A stretch of 64,000 nt of DNA from Rhizophagus irregularis (taxonomy: Eukaryota): NCBI RefSeq assembly GCF_026210795.1, contig NC_089429.1, positions 7,068,001-7,132,000 of the forward strand, in the 5' to 3' direction. Shown one piece after another: positions 52,590 through 64,000 of this stretch. The number at the start of each line of letters is the position of its first letter. Position 1 is the first letter of the stretch. Under the pieces are notes generated by a model. The model ran no database searches, was not told the origin of the DNA, and worked only from the letters and a program-made list of their open reading frames with translations. A program made the position numbers and the translations under genes.

Positions 52590-55500
52590 ATTGTAAGATC
52601 CTAGCGGTGTTATCAATTTTGGTTTCGCATAGATAATAGTATGATACATGGAATAATACTATCGATATTAAATGTATGTGCGGGAAGGTAAACCCGCGGT
52701 ATTCAAAGATATTGGAAACCCTTATGATTGCCTTCACAGATTTTGTTCTTGGAAGATTAAACTGGGAAACTCGATAAATTATTCTTTTTCATCAGGAAAC
52801 TTTTTGTTATGTCGAGTACACTCGTGAATTCGTAAATTGAAGCTCATAATCATGCGACTATATTAAGATTGATGCCAAGGAATCATTAAACCCATTAAAG
52901 GGGAAATTGAAACGAGGGGGAAAAGAAGCTACTGCAATACCGAATAATCACCGAAATCAAAAAAATTTTATGTAAGAGACCTTTTTGTAATATTATTATA
53001 ATTTTTTTTTGATAATAATTAAAAGACATATCATATAAAAGAAATGTAGTAGAATCAATATAATTTGATTTTTTTTATATATTTAATGATAAGATCATAC
53101 TAAGATTTTTTCATAAGTTTGAAGAATTTATAACAATTTTTTGTTTATCTAAGGATTCAGAAATCATATATATATATATTACATCTTACAGAATGTTTAT
53201 AGAAGATTGCTCCTTTTACTCCATTTAGATATTCATATGTATCTTCTTTGGTGGTATAGGATCTTATGATGGGATGAAGAAATCCAGATTTTACTTCGCT
53301 GAAATCGTCTAAATGTTTTCCAAAGCAGCATTTGAAAATTGAAGGTATGGCAAGATTTGTTGCATTTAATTGATTATTATGGTTGTTCTAAGCTAATAAT
53401 AATAAGTTTTAACTATTAAGAATATCATTATACGTGATGTGGAAGGAACGTTAAAGTTCTTATTGAAGAAGTTGAGATATAGAGTGTTCGGACGTTGAGA
53501 CGTTTTCGTTCGAAGCCCATCAGGATACCCATCACCTCACTCAAAAAATTTATTAGTACACAACAAATTGAAAGATGGAACAGGATCACACGTCATCTGA
53601 CGACAAAATTGACGATAAATATACATCAAATAACCGTTTAAGGGTCCTATACTAAAATTTACTCAAAAAATTCATCATAAATTATATTCCACCGTTATCG
53701 GATGCTCAAAAAAAAGCTAGATAAAAACGCAAATCAACGTCACTGAACCGATACAATAAACAATATCGCAAACGCGAAGCACGTTCAATACGAGATGAAA
53801 TCGTCTGGACAACATTTATTGCAACAATAAAATTAGACGCCCTTCCTATATAAAGACACCCGATTCGAGTCATGTAATTCTTTCTCCTCCTCCTTCCGCA
53901 ATTGTGGCACCTTATATCCCACAAAATTATAGATTTTTCTGGTTGGAAGATCCAACTTACTATTATCTACCGGTATTTACATATGGCACCGATGGTGAAA
54001 GACCAATACGGACTTGCTCTGGAATTTCAAACTTTTCCAAATCATTCAGAAGTAAGTTAATTAGAGTATTTACAAAAAATGGAAGTCACAATAATGATCT
54101 GTTATTAGCGAGAGAAATGATGGAAAGAAACCCGAAGAAGTATGGCTATTACTCTCTCAAGTTTTGAAGAGTGTAGGCCAACTGCTGAATCGTTAAAATG
54201 TGAATAGAAGGAACGAGAAGTCAGTCCCGAATTTAAAATAGACCAGTTGAAATAAAAGAGCATGTGATGTTTCAAAAGAAATATGGATGGGAAACTGGAG
54301 CATGAGATTAGTATTTTCCATGCTCTTGCGAGGAGGGAAAAAAATTCACGCGTATCTTTAAGTAATGGCAATATATACGCTAGTATTTTCAAACATATAA
54401 ATATAGTTCGATTCATTATTTATGATTTATTTCATTAGTAATTTTATTAATGAGAAATGTTATCTTTTAATGCATTAATATTATTTATCATGTTAGAGAA
54501 CCAGTAATTTCAAATTAATAGTGAATCAGTATTGTGAGGTAATACAGCACTAGCACTTACAAATTACAAAATTTTTTGATTAATTAAAGCTTAGAAGAAA
54601 ACTTTTTTGTTAAAAAAAAAAAATTTCGTTACCGAGATATAACTTTCCAATTAAGAATTTAAGTCAGATCCTCGTAGAACTAAAAGGCTAGGGTTCTATG
54701 TTCTTAACACTTCAATTCCCTTTCATATCCCAATTTTCTTTACCCAGTTCCTTACTTTAATCAATTTATCCTAATTCTCTTACTTTAATTCCTTTACCCT
54801 AATTCCCTTATTTTAATATAATCTCTAACTCTAATATCTTTCTCTTACTTAATGCAAGGTCTGATTAATTTATACCGATTGTCAGGATGATGTGAAAGAT
54901 TAAGCTATGCCAGGATTTTATATATAGCAGATATGCAACTGACCATGATTAATTGGTAACTCAAATTAATAAAATATTTATTATTTCATATCTTTCGATT
55001 AGAACTTGAAGGTGGTTAGTGTTTATTTGAATAATTAATTAATAATTTATGATTAATTTATATTTTTAATTTTTTTATTCCAAATATATTATGCATTATT
55101 TCATCTTTCTGGGAATGTATGCAAGTTCAAGGAATAAAGCGAAATTCGCGAGGTAGAATACATGGGTATTAATCTAATTATGATCCAAATTTTAAAATAA
55201 GGGATCCAAATGCATTGAAATTAGATTAAATGACCGAAAAGTCATTAAAGAATGGTGGAGTTATTTGCATTTAGTATTAATTTTTTAGTGGTAATAGAAA
55301 TATTTATTTTGCTGAAATATAGTGGTTTAAAATTTTCAAAGTCTTATATTGTTTTCGATTAATGAATTGGAATTTTTAGAATGGTTGCCGGAGAAACTAT
55401 AAAGGCCAAATATTTTATTGTTGGTCTTTAGCATAGATAACAAAGAATTAATTGAATTCACATAATACTTTTGAAATGATGAGTTAAAAAAAAAATGTAA

Positions 55501-56218
55501 TTCATGTATTAGCATACCAATACTCTGTATGTACAGTCTGCTGTGGCCACCATCGCCAAAAAAAAAAAAATCTTTGTTAATAAGGTTTATTGGATAATAA
55601 AAAATTTAAAATTTTTAAATTCTAATATATTGATCATTTTATATCTATAAAGTCACATGTTTAGTCACATGTCAATCGAAGGTACGAACATTTGTTATAA
55701 TAGCATCATAACGAAAAAAATATTTTTTTCCGAAATAATTCTAAAAAATTTCCAATAGTACCCACGGATAACATTTATTTTTACACAATAAATAATAATT
55801 GATAAAATTTCGTCATAAATATAATTTTGATCTATCAACATCGAATACTTTTATTTAATTCAACGCATATTTTTTTTCTTTTAAAAAAAAAATTATTATA
55901 AAATGTCAATGTTCGGATTTTGTAAAAAAAAAAAAAACTTAATTATTTCGTTCCTTTATTATTATTATCAAATACATTATTCGATTTCAGTAATACTATT
56001 TATAAAAGAAATAAAAGAAATACATATTGCAAGTAAATGTACATATATGTATTAAACCGCTCCCAAATCTTTAATTACCTCACATAAACAAAATTGATTA
56101 TAGATTGATTATTTATCAACAAAGTCTCTTCAAGAATTTCTTCTAGCCCGCTATATAATTCTATATTTGAAGACGAAGATATTTGACTCTACGAAGCCCC
56201 ATCTCTGCGACCTATAGG

Positions 56219-56357
56219 CAGTGATGTTCGGAAGTTTCCAATGAAATTGGACTTCCAATTTCTTCCTTCCAATTCCAATCCTTTAATAATTCTCAATGTT
56301 GAAGTAAGATTGGAATTGGAAGATTTGGAAGTCCAAATATGGTTTCCAACATCACTG
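56219..56357. mobile_element. hAT MITE, 139 bp
   Basis: TIR CAGTGATGTT; TSD CCTATAGG/CCCATAGG (7/8); TTCCAA/TTGGAA repeats. Confidence 0.75.
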
Positions 56358-59300
56358 CCCATAGGTGAATGGATGAGGCTCTAAGATAAAATCTTCAAAT
56401 ATTAATAATTCTACAGGAAAATTGTCTTTGCATAATATTATTATCTAAAACCAAAAGTAATATATCCAAAATATTATAAAAAAAAAAAAGAAATTGAATC
56501 GATAAATTGTTGATTGTTTCTTTTTTGATTATAATGTAATTATAAATGACTTTATCAAGACAATCAGTAGTAAATTGTATATAATTCCATGGTATGGTAA
56601 GTAACTAACTTTTCATCAAGGTCGCCTCTCTATTGTTCCTATAAGGGTTCTTTTTTTGTATTTTGTTAAAAATAGAAGACAAAGAAGCGTCAGTTGGACA
56701 ACGGGTGATGGACGTTCTCTTCAATTTTGAATGTCCTCCCATATTTTCTTTCACTTCCAAGGGAACGCCACTTGTAAATACTGGTAAAAGTAAAATGAAA
56801 TAAAAACTCTTATTATTTGTAGATTCCACATTTTGATGTCTGAATCTCTTAAGCACGTGAACGGACGAAGCTCTCCCGCCTCTCCGTATAGTTGCGAATT
56901 TCTGAGTGGAAAGCAGGAAACTAGCTTGCTTGTAATAGTGTTGATAATAAAGGTAGTAAAGTTATAGCTCTTTAAACATAAAAAATTATTGAATAAATGC
57001 AAAAATATCTTTCGCAAGAAAGAATTTTTTTTAGGGGGAAATCGATAGATTACACATAGTCATATGTGGTTATTGCATTAGTCGATCTCCAAGTTCTAAA
57101 CAAGTTTATAATCTCTTTAATAATTCCTTTTTTAGTAAATTACGGACTGGCATTCGAACCGGTTTGATATAAAACCGGTCTCGGAGTCGCTCGGTAAATG
57201 CATGTTATATCACGTGCAAATAACGAGAGTATGGTAATTATGTTCACTACAACCTCTATGTTTGTTTTATCACTTAATTATAAAATTCTTGTGCAGTTGA
57301 TCATTTGAACATTTATTTGTTAAGCTTAAAATTAAAACCAAAAATTAATAATATTGCATAATTTTCAATGGCACGAAACTGCGCCTTCGCGTAAATTTTA
57401 ACCGGGATAGTCTCAAATCAGTAAATAATTTCCTAAATTTGATTCAACAAACTTTTAACTTTTTTAATGAAGTTTAAAAAAAACAATAGTAATGTTGTAA
57501 AAGGAACAATAGTTTTACTTTTTTATTGCTGTAATATTGTAAGGACATGCAGTACATAATAATTTCTCAAACCTCTTCATGTTTTAATTAGGACACAATG
57601 GGCATTTGTTGTATATCGGATATGAACGGATATTACACATAACACATATTTATTTCCATTTATAATTTTATTGAATAAAGTTTATTATGTTTATATCTCT
57701 TAAACGTAAAAAGGTATCATTTTTTGAATTTCAACTAAACGAATATAGTAATTGATTATTAGCAAATTAAGGTTTATTTGTTTCAATCAATAAAATGAAT
57801 GTCACACAATTGTACCATATCTTAAAATTGTTATTAAGATTTAAAACTCATGTTGTAAGAAAATATTGATTGCCTTTGTTAAAATACCAAATTAATGTGT
57901 CAAAGTCCAACTTATTATCACATATTTGAAACAAATATGTAAGCGATTTGATACATTGATTATTAATAAGTTTCTTTTACAAGCAAGCATATACAGTATA
58001 TGGTTAAAAAAAATATATATTTTTTTTTTAATCGAACTCCCTTTTCTATTTTATAAATGAAACGTGACGCAAGATAATATCTAATTACGGCCGAGACAGG
58101 GGAACTCGGATTATAGAAAAATTCCTTAATGTAGAAATTATTCGACCATCATGTGTACAATTTTTTTTAAAAAAAAAAATTCTGAACGTGCTCAATACCA
58201 TCTTATGATTTGATAAAGCATATATTTTTTCTGTATCAATGGATAACAAATTAATTTGATATAATTGACCGATTTTATTATAATAAATTGTTATAATACT
58301 TTCTGTAAAAATTCTGTGAAATAACTAAAATAAAGAAACTTAATCATAATCAATTACGTTATAACATTTAATAATTCTTTTCTCCGACTTCTCCGATTGT
58401 GAATTATACATTTTGAGTTAGAGAAAATAATATGCGAAACAAAAAAATCTTTCAATCCTTGAATTTTTATAGAACTAAATATAGAGGCGACGAAACATAA
58501 AAATCAAGAGAATAAAATTGCACAATAGTAACAAATAATGATGATACTTGTTTCAATGTTCATTAATAAAAAATAAATCTTTTTTTTAAGAACAATAAGA
58601 ATATTCTCTGTTATTATTAAAACTCGGACGTAGAACAAATAATTTATGGTGTATTCATAAAATAAACGAGGTGTTATACATTATTTATTTATATTATAGA
58701 TTTAAAAAAGAAGTTGAAAAAATTTTTTCTATTGGTTTGATAGTATATTTTGATAAATGATGATACAAGTTGTAGTTATGTTATAATGCATATTATAATC
58801 CCAAAAGAATGTTTGAAAAGTGCCATAATTAGATACAATTATCATACTCATATATTTGCCGCAGTCCCGTCATCGGTTTTGATCTCGTCATTTCCAATTG
58901 GCCGAATAAAAAATCGAAGTCGTATAAAGTTTGATTCTTAAAATGCGACTCTATATTTTCAATAGTACCATATTAAGCAACTTTAATTTATTAATTATAT
59001 TGTATAATTAATTAGACTGAGTTGTCGCTTGATTACAAATATAGTAACTATGTTTATTCCCCCTTAACCTAAAATTGTACGAAAAAACATGAGACTTTTC
59101 CGTAACGCCAATTCGCTTTTTTTTTTTAATTATGATTTAGTCGATTGTATAAACCTTTATTCGTTAAATAATGAGGGGAGCATCTACGCTGCTAACATAA
59201 ATCATAATTCATAATTTTATTTATTTTATTCGGGTATTCTTATTCATCTATTTGTTGCACACTGAAGTGTATCATAAATATCTGAAACATTGAATGGTGG

Positions 59301-59700
59301 GTATAATAAAGTAATAAACTTTTGCAAAATAATATAGATACGGCCGAAAAAAACATTTTTAAGGTTGTCATTATATAATTCTAGTCAATGTTTCAAAATG
59401 AAAAGATATACATGATTTATTCCTATACGAAGGGTACAAAAGATAACCAAAAAAAGTAACAAATTAAACGTTGCACTTGTTACAGACAAATATTATTTAT
59501 AGGGCCTTTCCTTCCGTTCATTTTCATTAAAAAAAGTGAGATAAAAATCTTATTACAAAACTTAATCAACATTTTTAAAAAAAACGAAGAACCCTATAAA
59601 AATATTACCGTCGAAGTTGGTTCAAATATAAAAACATTTCGTGTTCACAATAGTAGACCAAATATTGAATCAACTTCAAAAAGACCAATTTGAAGAAAGA

Positions 59701-60985
59701 ATGAGATACTCTACTTTAGGTATTTTTGGACTTTAATTCGTACTTGATCGATCTACAATTACTAACTCCAGTAATATCATCTATAGCAGATCCTCAAAGT
59801 CCGGATAATTTACCCAGTGAACCTATATTCCAGGGTGCACAACAAATGCAAATTCTAGAAATACCTAGACAAATTGAATTTTTCATCCCTTTTCGAATAG
59901 CGCAATATAAGATCAAAGCGTTATTAAATAAATTGACGTTAAAAAACTTTGATTCTATATCAAATCAAATTATTTTCTATGCTAACAATAGAAGAGATGG
60001 ATATATGTTTAGGGAAATAGTTCGACTTATATTTGAATCTCATGATGAACAGAATTTCAGTGCAATATACTATGCTAAGCTTTGCTCTAAGATGATAGAA
60101 AGAGTCGATCCTAAAATAATTTCCTTCAAAAAATCCAGGAATAAGTTTCTTAAAGGCGGTATTTTATTTAAAAAGCATCTTATTGGTCGTTGTGAAAACG
60201 ATTTTAAGAATGGTTCCTGGAAGGTTAACATTGAATTGCCCCTCAATAAAAATGGGGAACCGGATCTGATGTCAAATGAATATTATGCGGCTGCGAAGAT
60301 TAGACGACAAGGTCTTGGTTTAATTAGTTTCATTGGCGAATTATTTAATTTAAATATTATTTCCGAGAAAGTCGTATATGAATGTATTGAGAAATTTTTA
60401 GAATTACCTGAGGAAGTAGAAATGGAAAATTTATGTAGATTAATGAATATAGTAGGAAAACAACTTGATCATATCGAACAAAACAATCATGAGGAATCAG
60501 ATCAAAATACGGAATCCCAATCAGAATGGGAGTGGGAGAAGGAGGAGGAGTGGGAGTGGGAGTGGGATGAGGATGAGGAATGGGAGGAGGATGAGGAGGA
60601 TGAGGATGAGGATGATGAGGATGATGATGAGGATGATGAGGAGGATGATGAATGGGAGTCGGAGGAGGAGGAGGAGGAATCAGGGGAAAATACGGAATCA
60701 GAGGAAAATACGAAATCAGAAGAAAATACGAAATCAGAGGAAAATACGAAATCAAACAAACGTGATCAAAAAATGGAATCATACTTTGAACAAATGGAGG
60801 AGCTATCAACATCTCCGAATTTGTCAATCCGCATTAAATTTATGTTAATGGTAAATTTTGTTGAATATTTTTGTATTATATTTATTATATTATGTTGCTA
60901 ATAATTAATTTTTTTTTTTTAGAATGTTATAGACTTACGAAATAATGCTTGGGAACCTCGAGAGTCGAGAAAGAGAAATATTTAA
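59701..60985 (+). CDS. MIF4G-domain (eIF4G middle domain-like) protein with a long acidic insertion, 3 exons, 381 aa
   Basis: Introns 59720-59786 (TACTAAC branch point) and 60851-60922 join in frame. MIF4G hallmarks: IKALLNKLTLKNFDSISNQI, YAKLC, LFKKHLIGRCENDF, RRQGLGLISFIGELFNL, MENLCRLMNIVGKQLD, MESYFEQM, RIKFMLM|NVIDLRNNAWEPR. Confidence 0.88.
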
Positions 60986-61136
60986 ATTGCAAAGTAATGA
61001 ATGGGTCAACTTTATTTGGTATGAACCCAAATAGTATATGTTATTTCTTTTTTTTACATTCTGTATTAAATTACCAGTAATGATAATGTTTAACTATCAT
61101 ACCCCCTCCCCTGTATTTCAATAGATAAATTATTAC

Positions 61137-61240
61137 AATTTACAGTATATGTTTTATTTTTTTTATATTAATTTACAGTATATGTTTTTTATTTTTTTTA
61201 TATTAATTTACAGTATATGTTTTTTATTTTTTTTATATTT
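61137..61240. repeat. Tandem repeat, ~34 bp x3
   Basis: AATTTACAGTATATGTTTT(T)ATTTTTTTATATT repeated three times. Confidence 0.8.
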
Positions 61241-61821
61241 ATATTATAAATAAAGATAAACTTTTGTTATTCATTATTAAATAAGGTGATAAATGATCAT
61301 TTTTCTAGTCTTTACTCCAATAAAACTCAAACATGTGAAATTTTTTTCGTGTCATTGTCTTAAACGATTTTTCATCTCTTTATCGAAGTATAACTTTCCG
61401 TCAAAATAATATTTCAGTCATCATATCTAAAGTAATGAATTTTCTTATTTGATTGATTTACGATGCATGTTAATGCATGTCAGACCCGCCCGGGAAAATT
61501 CCATTTTTATAATATATGAATAAATCGGAATTTTTGCTGTATTATGAAATAAAACGGAGATTTTATGATTTTTTAACAATTTTATTCCGACACGTGACAA
61601 CTAGCCAATCATTATTGCATATATCGTGATAGAAATTGTAAAAAACTAGTAAATTATTGATCATTTCAATCGTTTTTGACTAAAATTATTGTCGTGTCAC
61701 TAGCGCAACCTACATTAAGATGTAAGCTAGAATTATCAGATGTTTCTTACTATAATTGGTAATTTTTCATCGGAATAAAATCGGAATTTTTTCCGTTATC
61801 GTGATAAAAATTTGCGATTTA

Positions 61822-62011
61822 CTGCTGTTTTCATAAGACCTGGGACAAAATAAATTTTTGAACCCGACCGCCGACCCGCCGATCCAGTATTTTAGCTGGC
61901 ACGTGATCCAGATATGATAGTTTGATTTGTAAAATAACAATTGAACCGGATCGGAGGGTCGGCGGTCGGGTTCAAAAATTTATTTTGTCCCAGGTCTTAT
62001 GAAAACAGCAG
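61822..62011. mobile_element. Foldback MITE, 190 bp, TA flanks
   Basis: Arms 61819-61877 and 61956-62014 are perfect 59-bp reverse complements, extending ~11 bp further with 2 mismatches. Confidence 0.88.
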
Positions 62012-62039
62012 TAATATCGGAATAAATCCGGGTCTCTGA

Positions 62040-62256
62040 TTTTTTTTTTTATTTTTATTATAAGACTCGTGAACTGGACTACAAGCAACTGCTAGCAGTA
62101 CGAAATACAAAATAACGAAACAAAACTAAGCTAATGCCTGTTCATCCAATCCCCCAGGTAGCTGGAGAGGAACCGCCAAGCCTCTTATTCAATTGAATCC
62201 TAGGCAAAGCCAGATCAAACCAAAGTACCGGTGGAGCCACAATAATATACCTAAAG
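62040..62256 (-). mobile_element. Short poly(A)-tailed retroposon (SINE or 5'-truncated LINE)
   Basis: Poly(T) at 62040 on the + strand; 15-bp TSD AATCCGGGTCTCTGA at 62025 and 62257. Confidence 0.8.
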
Positions 62257-62572
62257 AATCCGGGTCTCTGATGCATGCGCATCAGCGCATTTCAGAAGTT
62301 TATAAAAATCACATGACCGATACGCAGTATTTAGTGTATTCACGTATTACAGGTATTACAGGGGAATGAAACTTTTCGTAGTGATAATAGAAATATATCA
62401 CATATGTTAATTTGTTCAATCTGTACAACAAAGGTGATATGAAATAAATAGTGTGATATAATCGTATTCGTATTTAAAAAAAAACATCCGTAAAAAACCT
62501 GTTAATTTTCTTTGAAATTACCACAAAAATAAAACATTTCTTGAACCATTTTTTTTTTTTGCTACATTGCAT

Positions 62573-63984
62573 CACATGTCGGGTAATTAAAAATCACTTT
62601 TGACTATTTTTTCGTTCATTACAAAAGATGATAATCTCGATTTTTTTTTTTAACCGGCAGATGATGTCATGTACTCACTAAATTTCTAAAAAAAGAAATT
62701 CATCAGCCACAAAACTTGTTATAGAACGTGACGATAAATAAACAAAATAAACAAAATAAACAGAAATATAACCATTTAAATAATGATAATTTTCGTTCCC
62801 ACGTTTCCTGGTTTTTTATTTTTTTCATTCAAGAAACAATATTTGAGATGGCTACAAATTATTCACCAAAAACATTTTCATGAATTATTATTATACAATT
62901 ATTCACAAAAAAACAATTCAAAATTAGACTTCGTACATCCAAGAAAATTAGAATCATTTTTTACAAACTGGAAGAATAGAAAATTAGAAAATCAAAGAAA
63001 TTACCTATTAGTGTAAATACTTGTAGCGTTGTAATCCAAACTTACGAAGACGATGATGTAATTATTTAAATCAATTTATGAGTGTATTTCTTTTTTTATG
63101 GTATATTAATATTTTTTTTTTAGAAAATAGACTACTACTGTTATATGGTTAATTTGGATATTCAAAAGATTAGGATGTTATATTGAAAAAAGAAATCATA
63201 TAGGCAGAATTGCAAAATCAAATTCGTTGGTTAAAGAAGCTGCCAACAACTTGATCCTAATATTGACCAAGTTCATTCAAAATGGACCAACCTGGGAGAT
63301 GATGATGGCTACAGGCAACAAAAGACCTCGAATTCGAGAAGGCAGCCTTTGCAATCTTCGTTTCAGAAGTCCAAACGGGGATAAAAGAATTCGTAAAGTA
63401 GGCAATTGCTTTACGAAGTTGTAAGTGGCGATGTCGCACGCTTGATTACTGGCGTACATAACGTCCGGCGGGCTTGATCTATTCTAGAGCAAACCAAGAA
63501 ATTAACGGGTTCCTGGGTCACATGTACCTCTTACGTTTGCCTCCGCTTGTCGCCTTTTTTCTTCATACAAAGCTTGACTCCGTTCTTTAATTAAAGTAGA
63601 AAAAGGTGTTTCACCACATACAAAATTTTTCTGAAAGATGGAGATGTAGAATTAGGATATTATTCTAGTTTTAATAAAAAAATTCTTGAAACTAGTAAAT
63701 TTCTTTTAGAAGATTACGAAGTTTTTCAAGTAGTTAGAAAGACAAATTAAATTTATGAAGTTCCGAAGCTGAGAGTCATTCTAGAAGCCGCCAAGAAATT
63801 AACGGTTAAATTCGCAAATTATAAGCTCAGAGTTCTTCAATGACAACCAAGGATATAATTACTTTAAGAAATTTGGATTTTTCTTCTGATTATTCTGATG
63901 AAGCTGATAACTTCTATAATCCCGATAACTATATACGCACGCCCGATGGTTGCCGGCAACCGAAAATCCTTATGAAGAGAGGAT
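62573..63984. repeat. Dispersed direct repeat, copy 2 (paralog of 51521-52589), with an extra ~300 bp at ~63510-63800
   Basis: Same shared tracts as copy 1; ATTCTAGA..CCAAGAAATTAACGG occurs twice (63481, 63778), flanking the extra segment. Confidence 0.9.
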
Positions 63985-64000
63985 GATTTTATCGTACGCT

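Larger units (their letters stand above)
61481..62270. mobile_element. hAT-like MITE hosting two later insertions
   Basis: Ends CAGACCCGCCCGG / CCGGGTCTCTG; TSD ATGCATGT/ATGCATGC (7/8); TCGGAAT subterminal motifs. Confidence 0.65.

Noticed and set aside
53400..54420. GC-richer region with short ORFs on both strands
   Set aside because: No recognisable domain, ATG start or consistent splice pattern.
60357..60848. Pro/His-, Arg/Met- and Ser-rich ORFs
   Set aside because: Alternate frames of the GAG/GAT-rich acidic tract of the MIF4G gene.

Overview
Very AT-rich eukaryotic DNA with short GT-AG introns and many transposon relics. The gene families and intron style suggest an arbuscular mycorrhizal fungus (Glomeromycotina, Rhizophagus-like); this is inference, not a database match. 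Three genes can be spliced by hand into intact frames: a Myb/SANT-type protein (14660-15298), a cellular RNAi-type RNA-dependent RNA polymerase with DLDGD (20283-23637, about 1057 aa), and a MIF4G-only protein with a ~100-aa acidic insertion (59701-60985). The most striking structure is a ~3 kb inverted duplication (17126-20093 vs 29472-32234) that brackets the RdRP gene; the left arm is the RdRP upstream region. Each arm has private MITE insertions, so the other arm supplies the empty site and defines target-site duplications. The RdRP keeps its catalytic aspartates but has an in-frame 15-aa duplication and lesions in other conserved motifs. The rest is a decayed LINE, hAT/MULE/CACTA-like transposase fragments, about 15 MITEs (some nested), minisatellites including a higher-order 42-bp array, pseudogenes, and a dispersed ~1.1-1.4 kb duplication.
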